Of a stretch of DNA of 64,000 bases, positions 50,380 to 63,029 are shown one piece after another; positions within the stretch are counted from its first letter, which is position 1; every line of letters begins with the position of its first letter. The notes under the pieces were generated by a model. It was given only the letters and a program-made list of their open reading frames with translations, had not been told where the DNA came from and did not search any database. Source of the DNA: Cetorhinus maximus (lineage: Eukaryota). The translations under genes and the position numbers were made by a program. The stretch covers positions 96,100,001 to 96,164,000 of the forward strand of contig NC_135896.1 of assembly GCF_964194155.1 (NCBI RefSeq). The letters are read 5' to 3'.

Positions 50380-51920
50380 AGAAGCTGCATTTATATAGCA
50401 CCAGATACCTCAAAATGCTTTACAGCCAATGAAATATGTTTATTTCTGGAAATGTTGTCATTATTGTTATGTAGGGAATGCAGCCAGTTTGCTCCCCCGC
50501 AAACAACAATGTGATATTGACCAGATAATCTGGTTATTGAGGGATAACTATTGACCAGGACACCAGGAAGACCACCACCCCCCCCACCCTCGAAATATTT
50601 CTTTCTGGAAATGTAGTCATTGTCATGTAGGAAATGTAGCAGCCGGCTTGTGCTCCCACTGAGATAGTGACCAGATAACCTGTTTTTCATGATGATGATT
50701 GAGGGATAATTTATTGGCCAGGACACCGGGGATAACTTCCCTGCTCTTCTTCAAAATGGTGGTCATGGAATCTTTTACACCCACCTGAACAGGCAGATGG
50801 GGCCTCGGTTTAACGTCTCGTCCAAAAGATGCGCCTGTAACTGTCCAGCTCTCCCTCGGTACAGCACTGGGACTGTCAGCCTTGATCTTTGTGCTCAAGT
50901 CCTGGAGTGGGACTTGAGCCCGGAACTTTGTGATTCAGAGACAAGAGTGCAAACAGACTCAAATTCTGACCGGTGGGTTTAGAACCCATATGTCAAAAGA
51001 AATTGTTCCATTAGACTGTTAGATGGAGAGAGAGAGGGAGCTCTCAAGAAGTCATACAGACTCAAAACATTAACTCTGTCTCTCCACAGATGCTGCCATA
51101 ACTGCTGAGTTTTTCCAGCATTTTCTGTTTTTATTTCAGATTTCCAGCATCCGAGGTGTTCTGCTTTTGCCTTAGAATGTTTTGTCCACTCTATCGATAA
51201 AAGACTTGCATCCATTCAGATGTTGCCATCCAGATCACAACATGTCCCAAAGAGCTTTACAGCCAACGAATTACTATAGAAGTGTAGTCATTAATTGTGA
51301 TGGTGGAAATATGGCAGCCAATTTGCGCACAGCAAGCTCCCACAAACATGATAATGTGATAAATTACCCAGATAATCCGTTGATTGTGGGATGAATATTG
51401 GCCCAGGCACCGGGGATAGCCTCTTCAAAATAGCAGCCATGGGATCCTTCTGCATCCATCTGAGCGGGCAGGTGAGCCTAAGTTTAACATCTGAAAGAAG
51501 GCGCCTCCAACGGTGTACCTCCCTCAGTACTAAATTATAATATTCACTTAGGCTATATGCTCAAGGTCCTGGATTGGAATGTGAATCCACAGCCTTCTGA
51601 CTCCAGAAGTAAAATACTTTTTGAAGTACTGTCACTTTTGGGCAGGCAATTGTGACAGCAAGGGAGCCTTACGTGTCAACTGTGGCTCAGTTGGTGGCAC
51701 ACTCGCTAAAAGAGCCCATCGCACTATTTTGAAAGAGCATATAAGTTAACTCTGCTGTCCTGGCCATTATTTATCTCGCATTATCGCCAAAATTAACGAT
51801 GGGGTCATTATCACTTTGCTGTTTGTGGGAGCTTGTTGTGTGCAAGTTGGCTGCTGCGTTTCTTACATTAAAACATTGACTAAACTTCAAAACGACTTCA
51901 TTGGCCGTAAAGCACTTTGC
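50380..51920. mobile_element. Cluster of Deu-domain SINEs (- 50380-50945, - 51197-51610, + 51675-51920) with a PLE tail at 51043-51170
   Basis: Deu core motifs, e.g. CTCTTCTTCAAAAT..CTTTTACACCCACCTGA..GGGGCCTCGGTTTAACGTCTC. Confidence 0.75.
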
Positions 51921-51929
51921 AGCCTCTGG

Positions 51930-52260
51930 AGAGGACGTTTCCTCTTGTGGGAGAATTTAGAACTAAGGGTCACTTTAGAAATAAGGGGTCGCCCATTTAA
52001 GACAGAGATGAGGAGAACGTTTTTCTCTGAGGGTTTTGAGTCTTTGGAACTCTTCCTCAAAAGGCGGTGGAAGCAGAGTCTTTGGATATTTTTAAGGCAG
52101 AGCTAGATAGATTCTTGATTAACAAGGGGGTGAAAAGTTATCGGGGGTAGGCAAGAATGTGGGGTTGAGGTTACGTTCGGATCAGTCATGATCTTATTGA
52201 ATGGCAGAGCAGGCTTGAGAGGCCGAGAGACCGATTCTACTCCTAATTCATATGTTCGTA
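51930..52260 (+). mobile_element. CR1-type LINE 3' fragment
   Basis: LEIRGRPFKTEMRR, then a CR1 3'UTR ending CTCCTAATTCATATGTTCGTATG. Confidence 0.78.
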
Positions 52261-53254
52261 TGGTGGTCACTATAGAATGAGAGTCTTTTTTCCTTTGTTG
52301 TGGAATGGAAAGCACAGTGACTACCTGACCAAATGTAGGACAGATCTTTAAGAATCCAGTAGAGAGATAAGCTATTCGTAAAATTGTTTATTCCTCTTAT
52401 TCTCCTGAGGGTGTTGATCCTCCCTGCTGTATGTTTCCACTGACGCTGTGAGCTACCTCAGTTGGCCATTGTTGGCACGTTCAGTGTGTTGGTCGTGACA
52501 GTTGTACCTGTTTCCCACTTGATGCACTTTACGGAGGTGGGCTGTTGGATTGAGATCTGGATTCCGTGCTACCGAGGCCAGTTGTAGCCTCCCTACTGAA
52601 ATTCACCACTCGCCCCAGACCAAAGATTAAACTTGGGACCTTCTTTTTCTCTATGATTGACCACTGCACCGGGTGGTGAACTAACTTACTGAGCCACCCA
52701 ACAAGACGGTTTATTTTGACAGGACTTCGTTGCTGATAATTTGGTTGCAGTAGATTTGCTTTATTTTAAGCAATTGTGAGCCTAAAAGTGAGAACTGTGT
52801 TTTTTGATGCATAAATTATCTTATAGATGTTTTCTTATCTTATAATTATTTTATAACGGAAGGATGCCATTTAGCCCATTGAGTTAGTGTTAAATCTTAA
52901 ACTGGAGCTGTTCTTTTTCCATTTCCTTACCTTTTCTCTGTCTTTGATACTGCTTTTCAAAGACTATACTTAAACCCTTTAAGTGATCTAGTTTCTTACT
53001 TTACCACAAGTGGCTAGAGGCTTTTGGAATACTTTTGTTTAAGTTCAATTCTTGGACAGGGAGAGCTTATAGTGAAGATTAGTTTAATCTCAAAGTGAAG
53101 GTATCCAAGTTCATCTCCATTGTTGAATTATTTCTCAAGTATTAACAAGCAATGGGTTCATTCAGAAAAAATCCTTAGCAAAGGTGGCTTGAAATGACTG
53201 CTGCGGAAGAACAAACTGGCAATAGTAAATAGCCTACAGAATAGAAATGGAAGA

Positions 53255-55903
53255 GTTAATGTTTCGAGTCCATATGACTTCTTCAGAACTAAAGAGAAGT
53301 AAAAGTGTGGTGAAATATATACTGTTTAAGGGGGGTGGGACAGGTGAAGCTGGATAGAAGGCCAGTGATAGGTGGAGGCAAAGGAGAGATTGCAAAAGAT
53401 GTCATAAACAAAAGGTTAAAGGGGTGTTGATGGCGGTGATACTGGCTAAAGGAGATGCTAATGGTGACATTAAGAGTAGAAAGCAGAATGAGCAAGTGGT
53501 AGATGGCCTGAGTGGGGTGGGGGAAGGGGACAGTGTGGGAGAAAAGATCAAAATAAGCTAAAAGGTGGGGATAAAACAATGAATGGAAATAAATTTTAAA
53601 AATAGGTGGGGAAAATATATATATATAAAAATTTTATTTAAATATTTGAAAAAAGGGGCTCACAAAGGGGTGAGGGTGGAGGAGAGAGTTCATGGTCTGA
53701 AGTTGTTGAACTCAATGTTAAGTCTAGAGGGCTGTAAAGTGCCTAATCAGAAGCTGAGGTGCTGTTCCTCCAGTTTGTGTTGAGCTTCACTGGAACATTG
53801 CAGCAGGCCAAAGATAAGACATGTGGGCATGAGAGCAGGATGGGCTGTTGAGATGGCAAGCAACAGGGAGGTCTGGGTCATGCTTGCAGACAGACCAAAA
53901 GTGTTCTGCAAAGCGGTCACACAGTCTGCGTTTGGTGTCTCCAATGTAGAGGAGACCGCATTGGGAGCAGCGAATGCAGTAGACCAAATTGAGGGAAGTG
54001 CAAGTGAAGTGCTGCTTCATGGACATCCAATCCCTCTACACCTCCATCCCCCACCAGGATGGTCTGAGGGCTCTCTGCTTCTTCCTTGAACAGAGGCCCG
54101 AACAATCCCCATCCACCACCCCTCTCCTCCGTCTGGCTGAACTTGTTCTCTCACTGAACGATTTCTCCTTAAACTCGTCTCACTTCCTCCAAATAAAAGG
54201 TGCGGCTATGGGTACCCGCATGGGCCCCAGTTATGCCTGTCTCTTTATGGAGTATGTGGAACATTCCTTGATCCAGTCCTACTCAGGCCCCCTCCCACAA
54301 CTCTTTCTCCGGTACATCGATGACTGATTCAGTGCTGCTTCATGCTCTTGTCTGGACCTGGAAAAATTTATTAATTTTGCTTCCAATTTCCACCCCTCCA
54401 TCACTTTCACATGGTCCATCACTGACACTTCCCTTCCTTTCCTTGACCTCTCTGTCTCAATTTCTGGTGATAGACTGTCCACCAATACTCATTACAAACC
54501 CACTGACTCCCACAGCTACCTTAACTGCAACTCCTCACACCCTGCTTCCTGTAAGGACTCCATCCCATTCTCTCAGTTTCTTTGCCTCCGTCACATCTGT
54601 TCCGATGATGTCATTTTCCAAAACAGTGCTTCTGACATGTCTTCCTTAACTGAGGTTTCCCACTCATGGTGGCTGACAGGGCCCTCAACCGTGTCCGACC
54701 CATCTCCTGCACCTCTGCCCTCACACCTTCCTCTCCCTCCCAGAAACATGATAGGGTCCCCCTTGTCCTTACCTTTCACCCCACCAGCCTCTGCATTCAA
54801 AGGATCATCCTCCGCCATTTCCACCAACTCCAGCATGATGCCACCACCAAACACATCTTCCCTTCACCCCCCCCCCCCCCCGGTCGGCATTCAGTAAGGA
54901 CCGTTCCCTCCGGGACACCCTGGTCCACTCCTCCATCACCCCCAACACCTCCCACGGCACCTTCCCGTGCAATCGCAGAAGGTGCAACACCTGCCCCTTT
55001 ACTTCCCCTCTCCTCACTGTCCAAGGGCCCAAATACTCCTTTCAAGTGAAGCAACATTTCACTTTCATTTCCCTCAATTTAATCTACTGCATTCGCTGTT
55101 CCCAATGCGGTTTCCTCTACATTGGAGAGACCAAACACAGACTGGGTGACCGCTTTGCAGAACACCTTCGGTCTGTCCGTAAGCATAACCCAGACCTCCC
55201 TGTCGCTTGCCATTTCAACACACCACCCTGTCCTCATACCCACATGTCAATCCTTGCCCTGCTGCAATGTTCCAGTGAAACTCAACGCAAACTGGAGGAA
55301 CGGCACCTCATCTTCCGATTATGCACTTTACAGCCTTCTGGACTTAACATTGAGTTCAACAACTTCAGATCATGAACTCTCTCCTCCATCCTCACTTCTT
55401 TATGATCCCCTTTTTTCAAGTATTTATTTTTATATACATATTTTTCCCGCCTATTTTTATTATTAATTTTTATTTTATTCCCATTCATTGTTTTATTTCC
55501 ACCTTTTAGCCTATTTTGATATTTTTTTTCTCACACCGTCCCCCAACCTACCCCCACTAGGGCCATCTGTCACTTGCTCATTCTGCTTTCTACTCTTAAT
55601 GTCACCATTAGCACCTCCTTTAGCCAGCATCAACAGCCCTTCGACCTTTTGTTTATGACATCTTTTGCAATCTCTCCTTTGCCTCCACCTATCACTGGCC
55701 CTCTATCCAGCTTCACCTGTCCCACCCCCACTTAAACAGTATATATTTCACCATTTTTACTTCTCTTTAGCTCTGAAAAAGAGTCATACTGGCTCGAAAC
55801 GTTAACTCTGCCTTTCCACGGATCTTGACAGACATGCTGAGTTTTTCCAGCAATTTTTGTTTTTGTTTCAGATTTCCAGCATCCGCAGTTTTTTGCTTTT
55901 ATT
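53255..55903 (+). mobile_element. Penelope-like (Neptune-type) retroelement, 5'-truncated, with inverted 3' duplicate (53255-54018, - strand)
   Basis: RT motifs MDIQSLYTSIP, GAAMGTRMGPSYA and LRYIDD. Linker CNRRRCNTC. GIY-YIG LIYCIRCSQCGFLYIGET..HFN..GLN. TSD ATAG(A/G)AATGGAAGA at 53241-53254 and 55904-55917. Stops and frameshifts are present. Confidence 0.92.
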
Positions 55904-56344
55904 ATAGGAATGGAAGAATATGGTTATTCTTACTGCACCCAAAATGAACTGTAGCACCATCATTACTTTCAGCTGTTTCTCAATTGATTCCAGCAGTTTT
56001 GCCTCCGTTACCCTCCCTAAAGATCAATTTCATGTGCTTACGCTTTGCATGAAGAATTTTGCCACCTTCTAGTTTGAGCTTGGTTTCTCCCCTATTGCCA
56101 CTGTTTAATTGGAAGAAATGATCTGTATTTAGCATTTATTGTCACATGGCTGAGCTCTCAGTTGCCTTTTTTCAAGGCCGAACAACCTGAAATTCTCCAG
56201 CCTTTGCTCAGAATTCAGTCTTTCAGACTCCTCGCCTTTCTCGTCACCTCCTTCGGAGCTTGATTGTCTTCCCTTGTGTTCTGTTGCGATTGGGCATGAT
56301 AAGCAGTGAGTTCATTTATGTGCTTGATCTCTTTCAACCTTATG

Positions 56345-56720
56345 AACATATAAATTAGGAGCAAGAGTTGGCCTTTCGGCCCCTGGAGTCTCTTCCGCCA
56401 TTCGATAAGGTCATGGCTGATCTGATTGTGGCCTCAACTGTACTTTCCTGTCTACCCCCTTTACCCTTTGACTCCCTTGTCAGTCAAGAATCTTATCTAA
56501 TTTATCCTTAAAAATATTTACTGACCCTGCTTCCACCACTCTCTCTGGGGAAAAGAGTTCCAAAGAGTCATGACCCTCAAAAGTAAAAAATTTCTCTTCA
56601 TCTCCATCTTAAATGGGAGACCCCTTATTTTTAAACTGTGTCCCCTAGTTCTGGTCCCTCTCACAAGGGGAAACATCCTTTCAGTATCCACCTTGTCAAG
56701 TCCTCGCAGGATCTTATACT
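56345..56720 (-). mobile_element. CR1-type LINE 3' fragment
   Basis: YKILRGLDKVDTERMFPLV..TRGHSLKIRG..WNS. Confidence 0.85.
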
Positions 56721-56850
56721 TAGTCATTCTGCTGTACTTTTTATTTTATTGCTGTACGTGGTTGGGCATGCAGTTACTTCTGGAGCACCCAAATGGTGTT
56801 TAACAAACTGATCGTCTATAGCATTTCAGCCTGTATCTTTCACTTTATAG

Positions 56851-56970
56851 GACAGATGGAACTTTCACTGTAAATGATGTTCCTTCTGGTTCATATGTGG
56901 TGGAAATAGTATCAGCGGCCTATCGCTTTGAAGCTGTGCGAGTTGACATAACCTCCAAAGGTAAAATCAG
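56851..56970 (+). CDS. EMC7: EMC7 exon 2
   Basis: [40 protein letters not shown]; AG/GT. Confidence 0.97.
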
Positions 56971-58036
56971 GTAAGAATGAACTAATAATTAATGTTGAAG
57001 CATATTTATTTTTAGTTAATTTGAAATTTCTTCTTACAAGGCTTGTGTTTCTTGATGTCCAAATGTATTGTATCACGCTACAGTAACTTATTTCAGTTTC
57101 ACATTTTAAAAATATATGTGAATCCAGGTTTGGGACAGCCACCAAGATCTAACAAAAGGCTGGGACCATTTCTAAGAAGGCTGTGATTCCTTTTGTCGCT
57201 TACAAACAGTTCCCATCCCTTGCCAGATGTATCCTCTTTCAGCCTCCGCCTCCCTCCCTCACTCTCCTCTTTCTGAGACACTCCTTAAAACCTCTCCGGC
57301 CAAGGATTGGGCCTTCTGTCCTAATATCTCCTCATGTGGCTCGGTGTCATACAGGGAGTGTGTCTCAAAACCGGGACCTAGTCTGTTCCTGATTTTGGAG
57401 CTTGCCAGTTTTCGGGAAAAGCTCCTAAAGTATTTCACAGTCGCTGAAGTGTAATTAGATAGGGACTGACGGTGATCAAGTCTAAAGCAGCCGCACTGAA
57501 GCTGGATAGCACTTTGATAAGGTCACACCTTTAAAAAAAATTGTGTTCCCTTCGGGTCACTGGAACACTTCAGAGACACTCAAGATGGTAGTTGTGCGGA
57601 GAAGTACAACTCCCCGAGCTGGGTCGGTTCAGGTCAAGGGGCACTCCGACTATTCAGAGTGTGGAAAACTACTTGCCACACCACCGCGCCGAGGCAGCAA
57701 CTCCCTGCACAAGCCAGTAAGCTTTTTCACTCGTTAAATAGCACCTAAAATTCTTGCCTGGCCCACTTAGTCCTGTTTTTGGACACTGCTGGTTTTCGGG
57801 TAGCTGTACCTGTTCTTTGTTTTGTAATGCTGCTGTGAAGTGCCTTAGAATGTGTCATTACATTAAAGCTGCGAAATAATTTAATTTGTTGTTGCTGTCA
57901 TGTCTGAATAAAATAACTATTAAATATTTAAAAGGCCCTGCCACATTTTTTTTACCAAACAGGAAGCAATGCAGGTAAATTTGGACAATCAAGTTGTTCC
58001 ACTCTTTTTAATTTTTTAAATTTGTTTTCTTACAAG

Positions 58037-58175
58037 AGCAAGGCACGTGAACTACTTGAAGGCATCTGAAGTTATTAGGTTGCCATATCCCATACAAATC
58101 AAATCTTCTGGCCCGCCCCCATACTTCCTAAAGAGAGAAACATGGGGTTGGACAGATTTTCTCATGAATCCTATG
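58037..58175 (+). CDS. EMC7: EMC7 exon 3
   Basis: [47 protein letters not shown]. Confidence 0.97.
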
Positions 58176-58264
58176 GTAAGTGTTTGTGAATTATATAACT
58201 ACAATTGTAGTTTTTTTCTACAATGTGTTTATTGTAAATTGGCAAAAAAAAATTACTGCATTAT

Positions 58265-58630
58265 ATGAACATAAATAGGAACAGGAGTAGATCAATTGGC
58301 CCCTCGAGCCTGCTCTGCCATTCAATAAGATTATGGCTGATCATCGTGTTTCGAATGCCACATTCCCATCTACCCCTGATAACCTTTGATTCCCTTGCCT
58401 AACAAGAATCTATCTACCTCTGCCTTAAAATATTCAATGACCCCAACTCCACCACCTTCTGAGGCAGAGAGTTTCAAAGTCGCATAACCCTCTGAAAGAA
58501 AATAATTCTCCTAAATTTCTCTGTCCTAAAAGCGTGACCCCATGCCTCCTAGTTGTGGACTCACCCACAAGAGGAAACATCCTTTCCATGTCCACTTTGT
58601 CAAGGCCGTCCAGGATCTTGTAAACTTCAG
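58265..58630 (-). mobile_element. CR1-type LINE 3' fragment
   Basis: EVYKILDGLDKVDMERMFPLVGES plus CR1 3'UTR. Confidence 0.82.
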
Positions 58631-60628
58631 TGTGGAACATAATACCAACATACTCTTTTTAAATATTTTACTTGGTATGTATTACCTGGCTTTAAATAAA
58701 ATTAAATACCAGTATGTTGAGAAAAGTTCATGTGTAATCTCGTGTGACCTTCACTGAGATCCTTGCGATACTCCTCAAGGAAAAATGTGGAGCCCCTCGT
58801 AGTATCTCAGCCAATAATTGCCCGTCACCCAAGACAGTCAGGACAAATTAACTGGCCATTGATTTCATTGCAATATGTGGAAAGCTGGTGTGTTACATGT
58901 TAATTTGGTGAGTTTTCCTACAATAATGCAGTGACCGCATTTTACAAATAATTTATGTCAAGCACTTTAAGATGATTCTCAAGCATGGTAACATGTTATA
59001 TAAAGGCAAGACTTTTTAATTCTTGGGCTGTAAGGTTGAGTGTCCAGGAAGCCAAGTTCACAGGGCTCATTTGCATTTTAATCAATGGGGCGTGCTGTTA
59101 AAGAAGTGAGATCTACCCTGTACACAGCATTGCCCGTTTAACACTTCCATTTATACTGCAGACCTTCTTTAATGAAAGCACAAAACACTTTATTTTTACC
59201 CCTAATATCTCTCCACCCACCCCCTCCATTAATGTTGCAGACCAGGTTCAAAGGTTGACAGCAACGCTGAAGCAGCCAGTGTTGCACAACAGTATCTTCA
59301 TTATTAAGATATAATCTGAGAAAGGTTTGTACAAGCTGGGACTGTTCACATTATTTATCTGAATAGACTATACTGAAATGTAAATATTTGAAGTAAGGAT
59401 CATCAGCATAATTTAACTTCATAAGTCAAATTTAATGGCTGACTCATTCCATGTAGATAGCAATTAAATTTTTAATACTTGAATTTTCGCGTGTATTCTT
59501 TTTTAAAAGATTGACTTGTGTCTAGTTCCTTTTCAGTGAGAATGAGGGGGATGTTTTCCATGTGATTGGATGTGTCCCGTATTTCAGTTTAGATGCAGAA
59601 AATGTCTTGTTCTCCTTTGGAGATGGTGGAATATATCTAACCTGTGCTGCTCTCATTGGGATAGTTCAGTCTGTGCTCACCTTTGTTGAATTTTCAACTT
59701 GGAGGAAGCATGTTGAATAGTGTGTTGTGGTAACGTACACTTTTGCCATTTTCCTGCTTAACGATTATTCTTTTCCATTTTCCTCTCCTGTACTCTTAAT
59801 ATAATGGACTGGCTGTTAGATTTGACATTTGCAATGTTGTACAAGCTTCAAACTGTAAATTAACTTCTGCTGTTGTACCTAAGAACATAAAAAGAATAGG
59901 AGCTGGAGAAGGCCATTTGGCCCTCAAACACAATCTGCCAATCCTAATATCCTTCGTTTTTTGAATCTTAAGGAAATCAATCCTGCCAACGACCGCTTTA
60001 TCGGGACGTGGAGCCTCCTGCTCCCCTAGCCTGTCATAAGGAGGCTGCCTCCACTGAGCTGGCTGCTTCTGCATGTGATGGGGAGCTACTCCACTGGTGG
60101 CAGGATACTAGCGAAGCCTCAAAAAACAGCCCCAATTGGGGCCTTAATCATCTTAATTGGCTGCCCGCCTTCGTGGCAGCAGATCCACTTCCCCACCCGC
60201 CCTGGGAAACTTCACTGGTGGCGGGAATGCCATTGCAAGATGGCGCCTCCCCTCCCCCAACCTTCAACTCTGTCTCCATGGGGCTGGGAAAATCCAGGCC
60301 TTTGTGCCCTCAACACTTTGAAAACCCAGCTTTGTATCATCAGCAAACTTGGATACATTCCACTCAGTCCCTTCATCTAACTTATTAATATAAGTGGTAA
60401 ATAGATGAGGCCCCAGCACTGATCCTTGCAGCACATCAGTTGTAGCAGCCTGCCAACCTCCAAAAAGACCTGACTTACTCCTATTCTGTTTTATTTCATC
60501 CGTCCATTCTAATGTATTACTCTCAACTGCACGAACCCTGATCTTGTACAACAAGATGCCTGGATAGTGTTTCCTTCAGACTGTACTGAATACTCACTTT
60601 TAAAATTGACTGTTGCCTGTTTACACAG

Positions 60629-60709
60629 GTCATGATGATGGTTCTTCCATTGCTAATCATCCTCCTGTTGCCCAAGGTGGTCAACACCAATGATCCTGAG
60701 ATGAGGCGG
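60629..60709 (+). CDS. EMC7: EMC7 exon 4 (transmembrane helix)
   Basis: [27 protein letters not shown]. Confidence 0.97.
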
Positions 60710-61125
60710 GTGAGTATGCTGAGCCTAAACTTTTTTTTAAAAAAGCACGCTAGGACAAAATTCCTGTATTTGTTGATTTTAGTGGAAAAACATAGTACCC
60801 TCTACTTTTCGGTTTAAAATTGTTGGAGAGAAATTTCACCTAGGTTGTCCTGAATCCCAAAATGTATGCATATATACTACACATGAATTGGAAAGAACTG
60901 GACATTTCTGCATTGTGTTAATGAAGAATTTGCATGCATTGGGAGTGAAGTTTTTCAGTATGTTTTAGATAATTGGACACAAAACAAACTTCATATGAAA
61001 AACTCAAATTAATTTAAAAAGTAACTCAATGTTGCAAAGGTCCGAAAAACTATTTTGTGAATTGTACTTTATGATTCTGTAATGGGGTAGCATAATCATT
61101 TGTATCGCTGATAAAGAGAGACACT

Positions 61126-61320
61126 TTTTGTCAAAGCTTTTTGGCTTGCACTCATCAGGACAATTTGCAAAAAGACATCAATGTCAGGGAAAACAACATA
61201 TTTCTACTGTGTGAGAAGAGAGTGCTTTTCTCATACAATTTAAATATGTTCTTTCCCCTGACCTGGGTTTTAATTGCAAATTGTCCTGATGAGTGCAAGA
61301 TGAAAAACTTCAACCAAAAA
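61126..61320. mobile_element. Fold-back element with hammerhead-like motifs in both arms (second family)
   Basis: Perfect 26-bp inverted repeat 61145-61170 / 61274-61299 containing CTGATGA. Pairing continues imperfectly to a central ~4-nt loop at ~61221-61224. Confidence 0.7.
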
Positions 61321-62330
61321 GGCCCTTTTTTTTTCAGAAATACTCAAGCTCTGTACCACGAAACGACTGTTTTTGTTGCATGGTATATGGGTTAGTTTGA
61401 AAGGAATTGTCACTTGGCTGAGAAGAACTGAATCTAATGTTCTAGGCAGTTCTTCCAAATCTGTTTATTTTATAATGTTTGGAAAATTTATCGAAGAGTT
61501 AAATAATACAAACAATGTTACTCTGAGAACTTGGCAATGAGATTCCGCAAGTCTGTGCATTCAAACTGGAAAAATTGTTGTTTATACAAATGGTATGAAT
61601 ATGCCTACAGGGAGATTTTAGGCATGCTACACCTCGGGGTTGAATTCTTGAGTTGTTCTAGGTAGCCTGGCATCCATTCACCTTGCTATAGCTTCTGTGT
61701 GTTTAATCAGTTTTGGCTCTGCCAACTTTATTATTTGTTAATTCTTTCACGGGATGTGAGCATTGCTGGCAAGGCCAGCATTTGTTGCCAGTCCCTAATT
61801 GTCCTTGAGAAAGTGGTGGTGAGCCCACCGCTTGCAGCAGCCTGTCTCAGAGGGCGATTGAACATCCCAGTTCCTATGAAGAAAAGCTGACATATTGTGC
61901 TGCCTGATCCATTCTGTCTTTCCATGTCCGTTCTGAATGATCTGTGCAGCCTGATGGTTAATATCCTATTGAAGGACCAAAATGAGAATTTTTTTTCAAG
62001 ATGGCAAACTTAGGAAAGAGTATTTGTTTCTTCACACTAGTACTTGGAGTAAAATGAGGTTACTCGCTGGATTTGTTACTAGTTAGCATTTCAATTTTGT
62101 AAACGAAGGTGAAAAATGAAAGTGACTTAGTCTTTGACAGTAATGTTTACGTTAATATACTGTAAGTATTGGTGCTTTTTTGTGATTGTCCCAAACTCAA
62201 CTGGCTTCTGTGATTGAGCTGGATTCTGTTGTTCTTAAAAGCTCCACTTAACACCATTGATTGTGGATGATTGTAGGGATGAGCGACATTCTGTAGCATC
62301 ATCACAGCATATGTCTGCTTTCTATTTCAG

Positions 62331-62477
62331 GAGATGGAGCAATCCATGAACATGTTAAACCCGAACCACGAGTTGCCAGATGTTTCAGAGTTTATGACCC
62401 GCCTTTTCTCTTCCAAGTCATCTAAATCCGGGAGTGGTAGCAAGGCTGGCAAAAGTGGTGCTCTGAAGAGGAGGTAG
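62331..62477 (+). CDS. EMC7: EMC7 exon 5 (last)
   Basis: [30 protein letters not shown]...KRR-TAG. The spliced CDS totals 681 bp (226 aa). Confidence 0.97.
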   Translation, partial: EMEQSMNMLNPNHELPDVSEFMTRLFSSKSSKSGSGSKAGKSGALKRR

Positions 62478-62551
62478 TCCTTCCATCGTTGTGTTGTTCA
62501 AGGTTAATATACACACAAAACACCTGTTTTTAAAAAAAAAATCACTAGTAG

Positions 62552-62942
62552 AATAAATACTGAGAGCATCTTGCAAAGAAAAATCAAATTTTGGAAGAAT
62601 ATATTTGACTTCTTGACGACAAAGGACTTGCTTGGTATTTCTGTATATATGGAAACATCAAAAATTCTCTGTGCTTGCAGTGACTGGTATATTCTGAAGA
62701 ATTTCTTAATTTAATTAAGGTGTAACGCAGAATAATATCCCAGTTTATTTACTGCCAGTTTTGGTAAATATTTTTAATACATTCAAAGTCTGTTAGAGAG
62801 ATTAAAGTAATATAAAAGTGAAATATTTCAAATCCCTGTTCAAATTTCTGAGGTACAAGGCAGTGATGTCTCAAATTGATGAAAGTATATTCAAGGTAAC
62901 TTTTGTTTCTGAGTGGTGTTTATTTCAAACGCACAAAATAAA
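62552..62942 (+). terminator. Candidate EMC7 polyadenylation signals
   Basis: AATAAA at 62552-62557 and 62937-62942; ATTAAA at 62801-62806. Confidence 0.45.
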
Positions 62943-63029
62943 CTAATACAAGTAAACTATGTCTCAATGACTCTTAATACAACCAAAGCAGCAACATTGA
63001 CATGAACTATGTGAATAATATTTAGGAGT

